A stretch of 64,000 bases of DNA from Takakia lepidozioides. Lineage: Eukaryota > Plantae > Bryophyta. Below, one piece after another: positions 1-12,213 of this stretch. The first letter of the stretch is position 1; every line of letters starts with the position of its first letter. The stretch covers positions 13,950,001-14,014,000 of the forward strand of contig CM060731.1 in NCBI GenBank assembly GCA_030704615.1, given 5' to 3'. The position numbers were made by a program, and so were the translations under genes. Below the pieces are notes generated by a model that saw only the letters and a list, made by a program, of their open reading frames with translations, was not told where the DNA came from and did no database searches.

Positions 1-45
1 GGCCTCCTATGTCTTGTTAGCTGCCTCTAGTCATGTCCACTGCCA

Positions 46-3000
46 CTATCCCAAGCAGTGTGGACATAACCAATCTCCATCAGGAACCCTCTCAAGAGGT
101 GGTGTCAAGCATCCCATATGCCAACCTCTTGAGCGTCGATCACACACCAGCATGGTGGCTGCCCCTTTTTCAGACCCACAGAGCATGCACCTCAAACCTG
201 CAAGTACCACTGCCAAGTTTGGGTCAACTCTGCCATTGACATTGGGAAGGTGACATGATGCACAATTACGCACATGGTCCTTCCAAGTCATGCCATCCCG
301 ACCCTCCAAGATCAGGACCCCTGAGGGCAACACCTCTCGAACCCTCAGAATAACACGCCCTGCAGTAACATCCAGGGTTGTATGAGCAGTCTGCTGCAAA
401 TAAACATAGTCACCAGGGCTAAACCACCGAACCCCAGGACGATATCCTCCACCACGTATAATGGCATACCTCAACGTATCACGGTGTTGTGCAATGGCAA
501 GGTTCTCAAAAGCCATGGGCATGACTTTCTTGAACAACTCTGCACGCTGACCACATGCACGTACCCACACATCCGGATCGTCAAGGTTAAGGACTTGAGC
601 GGTGTCTCTACGAATGGCTGTAGGCAAATCCGGCTCTCGGCCAAAAAGAACGAAATATGGTGAGAAGGAGGCAAGTGATGCTTGTTTGCTGAATCTGTAG
701 CCCATGGCTAACCAATGCACCTAAAGATCCCAATCTCCTAGATGTCCCTTCTGCAAGCTATACTTGCGCAAACCCCTCTTCACCGTCTGAACAACTCTCT
801 CTGCCAAGCCATCGGCCTCAGGATGATCTCGAGAAGTGGTACGATGGTCTATCAAGGCTTTATCATACAAAGCCTGAAACTCGCCCAAGAACTCTCTCCC
901 TTGGTCCGTGAGTACCTCAGCTGGAGCATCAAATCGGCTAAGCACACGATCTAAGAATGCATACGCAGCCCTCTCACTAGCCTTGTCAGGCAATGGAACC
1001 AACTCAATCCACTTGGAGAAGTGCTCCACCATCACCAACACATATCTGTGGTGGCGCATAGTCAGTGGCAACGGTCCTGCGAAGTCAAGACTCCACCTGT
1101 AGCCCAATCCCATGATTGGTAAAGGATGCAACTGTGGTGTAGGGGCGTTGAATGAAGCACGCACCCTGTCACACACCATGCACCTAGCCACGAACTATTG
1201 TACCTATGTATGCATACCACGCCACCAATACTGCCCTTGCAGTAAACTGTGAGTGCGTCGCACTCCAAAATGCCCCAACTCCTCATGGGCATGCCGTACT
1301 AACCGTGCACGCTGTGTAGGGTGAGGCACAATCCACCCGACCATCCTCCCATACTCGGAGCAGGTGTATCCCCTCCCACTTGAACCTCTTGGCTCGTTGC
1401 AGGATCCGATCCCTCTCCCTGGCAGTCATAGTGGCTGTCGTGTCTCCCGTGCGGAGGTAGTCCAACACAGCTGAATCCTCATGTATATCTCTGGCACACC
1501 AACCTGCCACTACCAGATCAATGGAGCCAACCCGCTCCAAATCCTGCGCCCCCAGCAACGAAATGTCTGCTGGCAAGGCCTGCTGATATCCACGAACTGC
1601 AGACACCGGCAACAACTCAGGGTACCGCTGCACCAACTGAGCAACATGGCGAAGTGAAACGCGTCGTGCAGTCTCATCCCTCTCCACATACATGTAACAC
1701 CGAACTCGTACACCTTCCTGTAACACAACAGCCAATCCGGTGCTGATCTCACCAAACAAGTCCAGAAGACAAATGTCTTCATCCGGATACTGCCACACAA
1801 TAGGTGTGGTGTCCAATGGAGAGAACTGAGGTGGTCCTGGTGCAATCCCCGCACTCTCCTCCTCTTCTAATGGTACAAAAGCCTTCACCCAGACTTGTTG
1901 CACCCGTCGATTAGCAACCCGCTGCAAATCCTTGTTCGTGCCCCACAATGGAGTCTGAGCAACCATGGCAGGCAACTCTGCCATACCATACATGTCATCA
2001 TGCTCTCCCGGAGGTGGCACATCCTCTGAATGAGCATTGCCCTCAAGCAACTCTCCAGGCCAACTCACTGCCGCTGTGAATGCTGCTAGTGTCGGCATCT
2101 TGCCTCGCTGGGCAACCGCAACTCCTCCTATGAACGTCATAGGGAGCTGCACACGCCGGCCCTCCCCTAACTGCCATCCAGGCCTATAGGAAGCTGACTC
2201 CTCCAAAAAATCCAGGGTAAAGCCCATGGGGTACAACACTGCCCCACCAACCATGACATCGTATGAGACCGCGTCTGTCACAATGGCCTTGGCTTGCATC
2301 ACTGAGCCATCTGTAGGTTGATCCGGCCGTAGCCTGATAGCCAACTCACGCCATGTCATGCCTCGAGCCTGCTCTGATCCTCCCAGAGACGTCTGTATCT
2401 GGAAAGGACAAGGCTCCATATCCGTCTCCGTGAGGCCCAAGCCTACAATAGCAGCTCTGCCCAGCATCAATGGCTGAGCTCCCAAGTCCAACAAGACTCG
2501 CAGTGGCCGATACCTCTTGCCTGCCGGTCCACTCAAACAGAAAATGTCATCCTGGTTGTCTAACATGACAACTCCAGGTATCACCATGGCGCGCTCAATG
2601 GCTGGCCTAGCTGGCAGCTCCATCAACCTGGCAGCTGCAACTTGCTTTGGCGCCGCCGTGGCAGTCTTGACCCTCAAATCCGAGGATCCCTCTGGCACTA
2701 CACCTCCCACTATCTCCGCAGAAGATGAAATAACCTCCACACTCTCACAGAGTGTAGCTGCCAGCCTGAACACCTCAGCTGGTCTTACCCCCGGCGTCGC
2801 AATCATGGTAGCCGAGAACAATGGAGCCTGACACACATATGTGGCCGCTCCTAGCAGCACACTAGCTGCCGTAGCCTTGGCAACACTAGGTAGTGGTGCT
2901 ACCCGTGTAACTCTCCCCAATGGCATAGTAACCTCCGCCTCGGTAACAGTCGGGCGAGAACTAGGTGCCATGGATGGCGTCGACACTGTCTCCGCCAATG

Positions 3001-4081
3001 TAAATGACTGAGGAAACATAGCCTAACGGCTTGCCTCCCTACGCCGTGGATCCAACTCCACCTTTGCACCTCGTGGCTCAGGAACTCGTGATGCTCCTTG
3101 AGTCACGGCTGTAGCAGATTCCACCTGCACTAGTGATAATGCTGTTCCGTACATGAATCCCATGCCTCCCATATCTCCTCCCTCAGGAGCAGGAGGTGAA
3201 CCATCCGGCCTTGGAGCCGGTACCACCTGAGCTATGGCCATGGCAGCGAGCCTCTGCTCTAGCTGCTGAAGCCAGTTGGCCATGCCTTGGTCAACACCCT
3301 GACCTCCACGTCCTTGGCCATGTTGAGCTTGCCCTTGGCCTACACCTCGTGTCTGGCCACCTCATCCTCTCAGGGCTGCTCCACCTCGCCCCCGGCCACC
3401 ATTGTTCTCTTGGAACTGGCTTGGGCGCAACTCAGGATGCAAACCATAACACTGGGCCTCTCCATGCCCGTGCTTGCCACAATGCCCACACTGCAACTAT
3501 GCAGGCTGTGCATGTGCCGGCCCTTTGCCTCCCTCTGGGCAATCCTTCTTGATATGGGGTCCTCCACATGTTCAACACACCACATCCGCCCGTTGTTGGC
3601 TTGCAAATGACGGGAGAGACCCCTGCATTTGAGGTCCTTTCTGTCCTTCTCTGGGCTTCACCTGGGCCCCCTTGTTGCCTTGAGCACGTTGAGGTAATGG
3701 TTGGCTCGAAGCACCACTACCCCGTGGTGTCTCCTTAGCAAATCCCACCATGACCACTCGTTCCTCCACCATGTTGAGCTCTATCCGCTCTGCCAGCAAA
3801 AACACATTTGCTAAGGTGGGTTGGGCCGCTTGTAGGAGAGTTGCATCCCGCACCCTTCTCCTTAGCTCCTTGTCCAATATCCCATACCAGACTGCCTGAG
3901 CTTCCGTAACCCTTTGGGTTACATTTATCAAGCGCCTCATGCGAGTGAAAGCCTCCCTCAAGCTCTCAGTAGGCTTCCGTTGGAACTCTTGCAAGCTCCA
4001 CAACTTCTCTGTCCTCACCCCTTGGTAGTTCCCTATCAACTCTTCGAAGAACTCCACAACAGGGTTGAAGGCAGACACGAG
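46..4081 (-). pseudogene. Degenerate gag(C-half)-protease-DNMT(N-half)/integrase-PHD; catalytic half of DNMT, RT and RNase H deleted
   Basis: Fusion DLVVAGW|CARDIHEDS joins the equivalents of ~25030 and ~27684. Premature stops (e.g. CAG>TAG at 721-723) and frameshifts; protease DSG changed to DLG; one PHD cysteine lost (CDRR). Confidence 0.9.
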
Positions 4082-4559
4082 TGTCAAGTTATTTTACCAC
4101 TAATGTGAAACTAGCTAGGAAATAGGTAGCTTTTACATATTGACATTTGGGATTGGCCCAAGTGTCAATCTAGGGGTCAAGGCAGATTTAGGCCCTGGAG
4201 TGGTTATCTTCACGGCAAGCGCGGGAGGCTCATCTTTCTCGAGTTGAGCCTCACCGCGCCTAGCTATGGCGCCGTAGTGTGGATTCCCCATGGCGTGGGG
4301 TGCACTTGGCTTGACTTGTATTTGAGTGATGAGGTTAGTTTATGCTTCAGCTTTGTGAGCTCGCATGAGCTTGTGCTTGTATTCTTCTTCTTTATCACTC
4401 GAGAAAGATGAGCCTCTCGCGCTTGCCGTGAAGATAACCACTCCAGGGCCTAAATCTGCCTTGACCCCTGGATTGACATTTGGGCCAATCCTAAATGTCA
4501 ATATGTAAAAGCTAGCTATTTCCTAGCTAGTTTCACACTAGTGGTAAAATAACTTGACA
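4082..4559. repeat. Fold-back LTR structure: repeat A (+, 4082-4397), PBS, then inverted first ~160 bp of A
   Basis: 4082-4397 matches 17396-17722 (12-bp deletion). From 4397 the PBS actcgagaaagatgagc continues as the reverse complement of the 5' part of A up to ...aacttgaca at 4559. Confidence 0.92.
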
Positions 4560-6800
4560 AATGTCATTTGGAATTCCCAATTTTTTATGATTGAGCGAAT
4601 GGATGTTTTGCAGTAAAGATGGCCATTTACTTTCTGCACTTGTAAATGTAACAAAGAAAGTTGGTGGTCCTAGTTGTCGAATCATTGCAAAGGCCTCTTT
4701 CCGGAGACGAGCCAAATAATCTGGCAATGTTCGTAATCTTTCCAAATCCCTATAGCCTAGATCTGAGCGTAATAATTTATCTAAATTTGGTTTTTCAGTA
4801 AGTTCGTCCGCTTTCAATTGTCTACCAAGAAGTTTACCTTTACGAATACGAATCCATGAAGATGATGTAACGCCATGAATTAATACTTTGATAACTTAAA
4901 AAAAAATGTATTTCGCGAAATCATGATCTTTATGTAATAGTTCCCATTGTGCAATGGCTTGATAAGACAATGAACCAGTGTTTGATCGAGGATGTCCAAA
5001 AAACAAAGTAGGAAAATTCAATTCTTCACTATGAGTATCTTGGAAAAGACCCAATGGTTTAAAGTCTTGAGAAGGAGCTACTGTTAATAGACCATCATGA
5101 AATACTTGTATTTGCTCTGAAGTGAGAATATTTTGTACCAGAGTATCGCTAGTAGTATTTTCGACAACTTCCTCAAACTCATCTTGAGATATTTCATTAA
5201 ATTCTTCTAATGGTTCATCGATATTTATACAATTTTGTTTTGTTTTGATGGGACATTGCAAATAATCCTAACCATTGTGGTCGAATGGTAACATTAGCTT
5301 CTATGTATAATGGAGTAGTAACAAGATCATGTAAAGCCAATATAATAAAATTGGGACGAACAGTTCCTGATAAATATGGAGATTTATATTCCAGACGACG
5401 TTTTAAAAGTACTCCAATGGTAGTATCGTCATTCGGCATGCGAGGTAAAATTGATTGTGTATTGTTAACATTTGATGGAACGTTTATAATGCTACCACGT
5501 ATACCATATTGGCCATAACCTTGCAATTGATATATTTGGGCAAATGCCATACGTGGTGCAATTAATCTTTCCTCAAGCGCATTGAGGTTTTGAACATTAT
5601 TAATAGGAGCATTTAGATGAATTATGTTAGGAACTATATATTTAGGAGATTTATTGTGGTCAAGCATTAATTTACAACTTCGACATATAAACATTTGTCC
5701 ATGATTTTGTTCCGTTGTTACAATAGGAATATATATGGCTAATTTTTTTAACAATGTTTTTGTCGGTGTAACAATTTGTTTTTTAAAACATAGTCGATGA
5801 CAACACATACATGGATGCATTGGTGTATCAGACAATTTTTTTATGTATTTACTGCGATGAGCAGAGTTGACCTGAATTTCAATGGGATTATTGTTGGAAT
5901 GATGCGATGAATGAAGAGGTATTGGTTGGACTGAACTTTAAGGAGCAATGGGAGAATCAATTTGCGGTGTATTTTGTTTTGCTATATACTTTCTTTTATT
6001 ATTAATTCGCCGCAAATGAGAATAAATTTGAGTAAATGTGAGATTCAAAGTTGCATAATGACAGGAGAAGATCAGCGCTATGTCTTTGAAAGTGGACGAC
6101 GGAAACTCGACCATCAAATTGAACATGCATTCATCATGAGTTGGCAGCCATTGAAAACGAGGTGTTTTCGGAGTTACATTGGTGTTGTTCATAATATCAT
6201 TTTGTTGTCGACCTTTTGTTGTGATATCAAAGAAGGTTGTACCGATGTTGCAAATCCCAAAATTGAAAACGACCGAGAATTTGAAATCGAGGTCAACGGC
6301 ATAACATTTAAAGTGCAATGAGTTCTTTTAAAAATAATAGGTTCAAAGTGTCCACTCTTCGTAGCGTGTCTATTGTCATAAAGTAGTTGAAGAGGGGTAT
6401 GCGCAACAAATTGATCACCCACAGAAAACATTATTATTTTATTTACTCGAGACCATAACCGAATGGGTCTTTGTAAATAATTTGCTAAACAAAAAATGGC
6501 ACGATTATCACCTTCTAAACCTCCACAAACAACACTTTCATCAATTGTGCGAACATCATGTAACTCATAGAGGGCGTTCAAAGAAAAGTGGATTTGAATC
6601 ATTTCGGCCACCTCATCAGTGGGCAATTGTAAAGTTTGCAGAAAATGTTTCATGGTTTGACGACGGAGATCTGTAGATGATATTTCATAATGCAGCAAAT
6701 AAACAACCGAATCAAATAAACAGTCTCCAACAACATAATGGTAATCGTGTACACGATGCAAATCCTGAAATTGTAATATTAAGTCTATCTCTGTATCCAT
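4560..6800 (-). pseudogene. Helitron/Helentron RepHel N-terminal region with OTU-like domain, truncated by the Gypsy insertion
   Basis: GDCLFDSV...GHFEPI (OTU-like); CMCC...CRSC; LNALEERLIAPRMAF...GSIINVP; EELNFPTLFFG; AMIRQLGPPTFFVTFTSAESKW (Rep motif I region). AT-rich and frameshifted. Confidence 0.85.
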
Positions 6801-7393
6801 TATTAAGAGAGTAAATTAGATATAAAAATAAGGTTGTAAAAAAACTGAATTAAGGTTCAAGTTGTATTATAACAGAAAATAATATTAATGGAGGTTGGCC
6901 AGATTAGATAGATTTTGAAAATCTTATAAGAACACAAACAAGCAATGTACAAGGCAATGAAACGTCGAATAAAGAGTTGCTGAACAATAGTAATAACTGA
7001 GGGACTCGCTGAAAATGTAGCTGTAAACTAAAAGGTTGAAGTCTGTAAAACTGAAAGAACACACAAGAATGACACAATATTGTCAAAGTACTCATATATT
7101 GCAACCATAAACCACACACAACTCACAAAAATGGATTACTAAAATCCAATCATGTTGTGTGGGCTATTGTTATGGTAAGAACCACTTTGACTAAGTAGAG
7201 ATGCTCAGGAAAAATGCTTTACATATGAAGCAGCACCATGAAACCAAATAGCCTATAGATGTAGGAAGTCCAAGTTAATCCGAGGAAATCCAAGCATACA
7301 CTAAACTATTGTAAATGTTGATACACCTGAAAGCAACCCTCTAGTCTAGCATGCTCTTGAATGCAACAAAAGAACTAAGCTGTAGCAAAAGAA

Positions 7394-8820
7394 CTATGCT
7401 GCATGTTCTTCAAATCCAACCAAATCCCCCACAGGGTTCAAAGAAAACCGTCCCACATGACGCACGCTAGAGAACGCCTTGATGATGGAAAGCCTGTTTG
7501 TTCTATGAGCATTTTTCAGATCTTCCTCAATCATGCCTACTATGGCCTCCACCCAATCTGAATTGACATACACCTGCACAATCCCATCCACACCCTGAAT
7601 GCTACCAGCTATGCAAACATGAAGGGCACGGTGACTTGCTATTTTGCAAGCATTACAAAAGAACAAGCCGTCTTCTTGACGTGCTATGTCCTCGAGGCCA
7701 CATGTGGCACACACTCGTTTGAAGGGTGGAGTGGAAGGCGAGGTGATGTAAAAAATCCCTGTAACGTGAAAAACAGAAAATCAAGACTTTGCCACTGAGG
7801 TATGTTGGCTGGTTGATAGGTATCTACATGACACCCCCACCAAAAAACCTCAAGCAAAGGTGTTAGAGATGAGAAGAGAATGCAATTGCAAACAAATAGA
7901 AATAGGAGAAACCTTGAAAATAAAAAGAGATCATTACCAGGGTAGCTATGTCATGTCCTCCAAGGGCTGTGTGGGCATTATGCACTCGCTGCAAAGCGGC
8001 ACATGTGTCATCATCCAAAACAGGAGCGAAAATGGTACAATGAAGTATGACCAGCCGCACATCACCGCTCTGAGCCCCAATGTTTTTGAAAAGTGCATAT
8101 GTAACACCTCCCCTACGAAACTGCTGACTAACCGCTCATATTCTGCATGGAACGCTGGCAGAAAACTGACCTGCATACACTCAAACAATACCATTACTAC
8201 TCCATAATAAGTTTAAAATAGCATAACAAAGAAAAGACCAAAAGCAAACAAATGGTAAGAGACTTACAATCTGAACATCCAGCTGAGAAGGTCCATCCGC
8301 CACTGTCAGCTCGAAACGTTGTTCCACCTGACCACGTACTCCTATAACCACCACAACAATAGTGGCAGTATCAAACTTCTTATGGGATCTTTTTGAGAAA
8401 GCACTGATGGTGTCTTTGCAAAAGAAGTTGAGTACTAGAGGGCTCTGAAATGGTGTTATGACCTGCACAAGGGTGGCGGAGGTAATCTAAACAGTACACC
8501 AAATCACCTCTCTTGAACTTAAGCTTAAGACGCACGAAGAAATTCTCCAAGTATACATAAGCGCCTTTGTAGAACTTCTCTGAGTGTGTTTGGACCAATG
8601 ACCGGGACACAGTAACACTGACCGTTGTGAAACCAAGCCTATCTATGAGATCACAATGCAAATAGGACCATGTGCTGGGAAACTCCTAAATAGAAGGCTT
8701 GTTCACATTGTCATACCTACTCAGTATAAGACCCTCAAAAGCTGCATCTCGGACTGTAAGATCTCGTTTAGACACAGCAAAGGGCGTTCTCGCTTCACTG
8801 AACCTGCCATAGCTTCAAAC
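7394..8820 (-). pseudogene. RPA1-like OB-fold gene with C-terminal zinc ribbon, probably Helitron-borne
   Basis: Fragments 8380-8661 (FTTVSVTV...GAYVYLENFFVR), 8181-8468 and 7394-7714 (CATC...CNAC) lie upstream of RepHel on the same strand; plant Helitrons are known to carry RPA-like genes. Confidence 0.55.
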
Positions 8821-9428
8821 TTAAAGAGACCAGGTAGCTGAGAATGAAGGAAGAGGGAGAACAAGAAGAAAACAAGTGAGGTTGAGAGAAAGAGAAGTGC
8901 ACCTTTATACTGTGGAGTCGTGCTCTTCTTGTGTTCTTTTTTGATGGGGAGTAGTTATGAATGTGGCAGAGGAAGGGAGACACATCGCCGTCGCTGCAGC
9001 ATACCAAAGCGGCAGAGGTTGAAGGTGTTCGAGCTGACTCTAAGTGCACGCGCGCTGTAGAAGTCATAAACGAAGAAGAGAATGAAAGAGAGTTTCAACC
9101 CTAACAACCCTAACCATATAAGACCTAAAACAATAGTTTAGGTGTGCTAAAAATATTTGAACCCAACATCTCATCATTAGTATATTTGGGATAAACGGTC
9201 TAACCAACAAGTCACACAGCATGATGTGACAAACTTTCGTATACAATTTTTTATTTTTTATTTTTATTTTTGTCCTGAACTTTGCGACATGTGTCCTTTC
9301 ATCCAAAACTGAATGAAAAACAATCATTTTCGTTTGTTTTTGGGTCATTCTGCCACCCTTTTATATTTCATCCCCCTCCGTGGCCACCTTATCATCCTTC
9401 TCCGTTGCCACCTTTTTCATTTTATTTG

Positions 9429-9900
9429 AACTTTTTCATTAAAGGCACTACTTTCTGCAAAAGCCAGCAACAAAAGTTCAAACCGAAAACCTTCGCGATT
9501 GCAAATCAATGCTCTATACCACCAAGTCCATGCTAATTATTGAAAATAACTATGCACTACAATATATATATTATAACTTGTGTTCCACTAGTTTTAATTT
9601 CTGTTTAGCTCTTTGGTACACATACTTCGACTTTTTTCCCTTGCCCATTAGTTGCTACCTTCTTCATTTTAAGTTAACTTTTCCATCAAAGGCACTACTT
9701 TCTGCAAAAACGAAAAGTACAAGTTCGATCCCACAACCTTTGCCATCACACATCAATGCCCTACACCATCAAGTCCATACCAACTATTATGTGACTACTA
9801 CAATCTATATATTATAATATATGATCCAGTAGTTTTATATTAAATTCTGTTTTGCGCTATGGTACTCATATTTGGACTTTTTTCCCTTCCCCATTTTACG
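9429..9900. repeat. Degenerate tandem duplication, ~250 bp period
   Basis: aaaggcactactttctgcaaaa at ~9441 and ~9688; caatgc...ccaagtccat and gacttttttccc recur at a similar spacing. Confidence 0.75.
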
Positions 9901-11412
9901 GGTCCTCTTTATTTAACGCAGCTCCAATATCTCCAAGCTTTGGGTGTGTGCACTTCATCATTCCGCTTCAGTGACTGATATACCACCAAGATAATTATAT
10001 AATATTTTAAAATATATAACTATAAATTACACCTCCAATGTACAATGTCTAGTCTAATCTCTTAAACTTTGCCATGACATTGATATTTATTGCACCTCTT
10101 TTAGTGCTTTTATGTTTGCATTTGACATCACCATATTCATTACATTAAAAATTTAGTACTATCACATATACTAGTAACTAGTGGAGGTACATCTTCAACA
10201 TTCGGGTGTTTTCTGGTGTAGGTACATCAGGATCGCCACTCTTTTCAGCACTGATGCGTGGTCTCCTCTTGAGGGAGGAGCCAACAAACTCTAAGCAAAT
10301 TACTATTTAGCGGGAGCCCAAGAATAGGCCTCCCAAAGGAGCCTCATCCGCCATTTGAGTTGGACACTAACTTGGGAGAAGGAGAGCGTCGTAACATTCT
10401 TCGTCGCTGTTGAGGTAACTTGCTGGATGGCTACTATCGCTTGCTGGAAGCTCAATCGGCAGGCCAACATGTTGGGGCATAATGCTGTTGGAGGTTCTCA
10501 GTTTCAGTCCTTTTGTTCTTGTGCAGTGGTCAATTACTTGAGCAAATTGAAACATGATGCATAGACAGCCATGTAATCTGAGATCTAGTCCTCGGGGTCC
10601 ACGGCTTTGAGAACACAGATCTATTAGCGTTTGAGCATTCTGCAAGGCTTAGATCGAACACTGACGAGCGTGACCGAATTCAGAACTTGTGCAGAACGAC
10701 GTTTCATATTTACGCGGTTTCAACGAGTCCACCTAAGCATTTTCGCCTTGACTAGACTCTTAAGAACCTACTTAAAACTTGCACTCATGCATGGAGAAGC
10801 AGATCATTCCTCACACACGTGATTGTACCACATGAATGCTCAAACTAGTTACTACATACCTCTTTGGCTCGCTATTGTAGACGCCAAATATTTTGCCATG
10901 GTATGGTTAGACAGTCCGAGTTATACGCTCCGCGGATGTCAGCTTGATCATCAGATACGGGTATCTCCAGGCATCCTTCGTCATGGCAATCCTTGTCTGT
11001 GCAATCATGTCCGTAAAGAACTAAATCCTCACCATTATCCATCATCGTGTCATGTATATGCATTATCATAGAGGGTACAGCGAGTGGTCGATGTAGTCTA
11101 TCTTCCACCCTCCCGAGGCTAAGTGTTGATGCCAAATAGTCTATACTCCTCAGGATTGTATGTGCAATGTCGTCATTGCTTCTCACAGGAATGTTGATTC
11201 TCGTGTGAAGACATCTAGATTTTTTGCAATAAGCATCTCAACTCTTTTTTTTTGCCCTAAGGAGAGGGTGGTATCCAACTTGATGGATAAGAAAAAAACG
11301 ACTCGACATCTTGTAAAAGAAATAGATACTCATTGGTTCAGGACCGTCCTGGCTGCAGTAGAGAGGTGGTCACGGAGGTGGAAGAAGAGAGTGTTGGAAA
11401 ACCACTAGCGTA

Positions 11413-11484
11413 TGGTCAGGCTAGGGATTGAACCTAGGACCTCCCCCATTCCGGAGGGGTGCTCTACCACTGAGCTTCCCGTCC
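11413..11484 (-). ncRNA. tRNA-like cloverleaf (Pol III A/B boxes) inside the TRIM 3' LTR; not a functional tRNA call
   Basis: ggacggg aa gctc agtggta gagc a cccct ccggaat ggggg aggtc ctagg ttcaatc cctag cctgacc a folds as a cloverleaf with a mismatch in the acceptor stem. Confidence 0.8.
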
Positions 11485-11634
11485 CCTTTCTGTTCTCATA
11501 GTGCCGTGCAAGGGCTATAGCCTTGACACCTCCAACACTCCCCCTCAAGGCATAGCCCTTATAGCCGATGCCCACCCATTCTGACCACCGCCCCAACCTT
11601 GGCTCCGATACCATGTTGGAAAACCACTAGCGTA

Positions 11635-11706
11635 TGGTCGGGCTAGGGATTGAACCTAGGACCTCTTCCATTCCGATGGGGTGCTCTACCATTGAGCTAC
11701 CCCTCC
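11635..11706 (-). ncRNA. Second tRNA-like copy inside the TRIM 5' LTR
   Basis: tagctcaatggtagagc (A box) and ggttcaatccc (B box); anticodon arm degraded. Confidence 0.75.
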
Positions 11707-12213
11707 CTTTCCATTCTCAAAGTGCTGTGCGCAAGGGCTATAGCCTTGACACCTCCAACTAACCAAGTTAGTCGTTATGGGGGACACTATGGGCTGCTCC
11801 ACTTTGCAGCACCTTGGTCATAGTCCAGCCGAGACAGGGATGGACATTTTCTTGAACCATCCAAGTCCCAACACAAGGTTCATACAGTGTCGGGTTTGGT
11901 ATAAAGTGATGACCTCTAAAGTGCCCATATGGAAGAACAAGACCTTCAGACGGGAACCTGCTCGACGCTGCTCTGTGAGGGCTGCGAAGCACCGAAGAGA
12001 GTATGTTTTTGGAGTTTCTGATACGATTGGACTGAAGGACTGTTGACGATGCCCAGGGGAAGAAGCTCATCTTTGCTATTTCTACGAATAGCCGATGATT
12101 CTTACCAACCCCTGCAATACATCAGTAAGCATGACATGACCTAGGTGAGTAAGTTCAGCTCCGCATCTTTTCTGCCCTATGAAAGCATGTAGGGACGACG
12201 TGATATGCCTAAA

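Larger units (their letters stand above)
1..4559 (-). mobile_element. Deleted/rearranged second copy of the DNMT-carrying Gypsy element (3' end runs off the window)
   Basis: ORFs 46-720, 721-1191, 1283-3019, 3023-3283 and 3572-4087 are near-identical to parts of 21831-29136. The 5' end is TGTCAAG at 4559 on the minus strand, abutting Helitron coding sequence. Confidence 0.95.
11392..11760 (-). mobile_element. TRIM (miniature non-autonomous LTR retrotransposon) with tRNA-derived LTRs, Helenus-type
   Basis: Direct repeats 11392-11537 and 11614-11760 with TGTTGGA...TCCAAC(A) ends. The 76-bp internal part has a tRNA-iMet-type PBS (TGGTATCGGAGCC, minus strand, 11601-11613) and PPT GAGGGGGAG (11538-11546). 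No TSD visible. Confidence 0.9.

Noticed and set aside
11413-11706. Two functional tRNA genes
   Set aside because: Mismatched stems, non-canonical anticodon loop, and both lie inside LTRs flanking a PBS and PPT.
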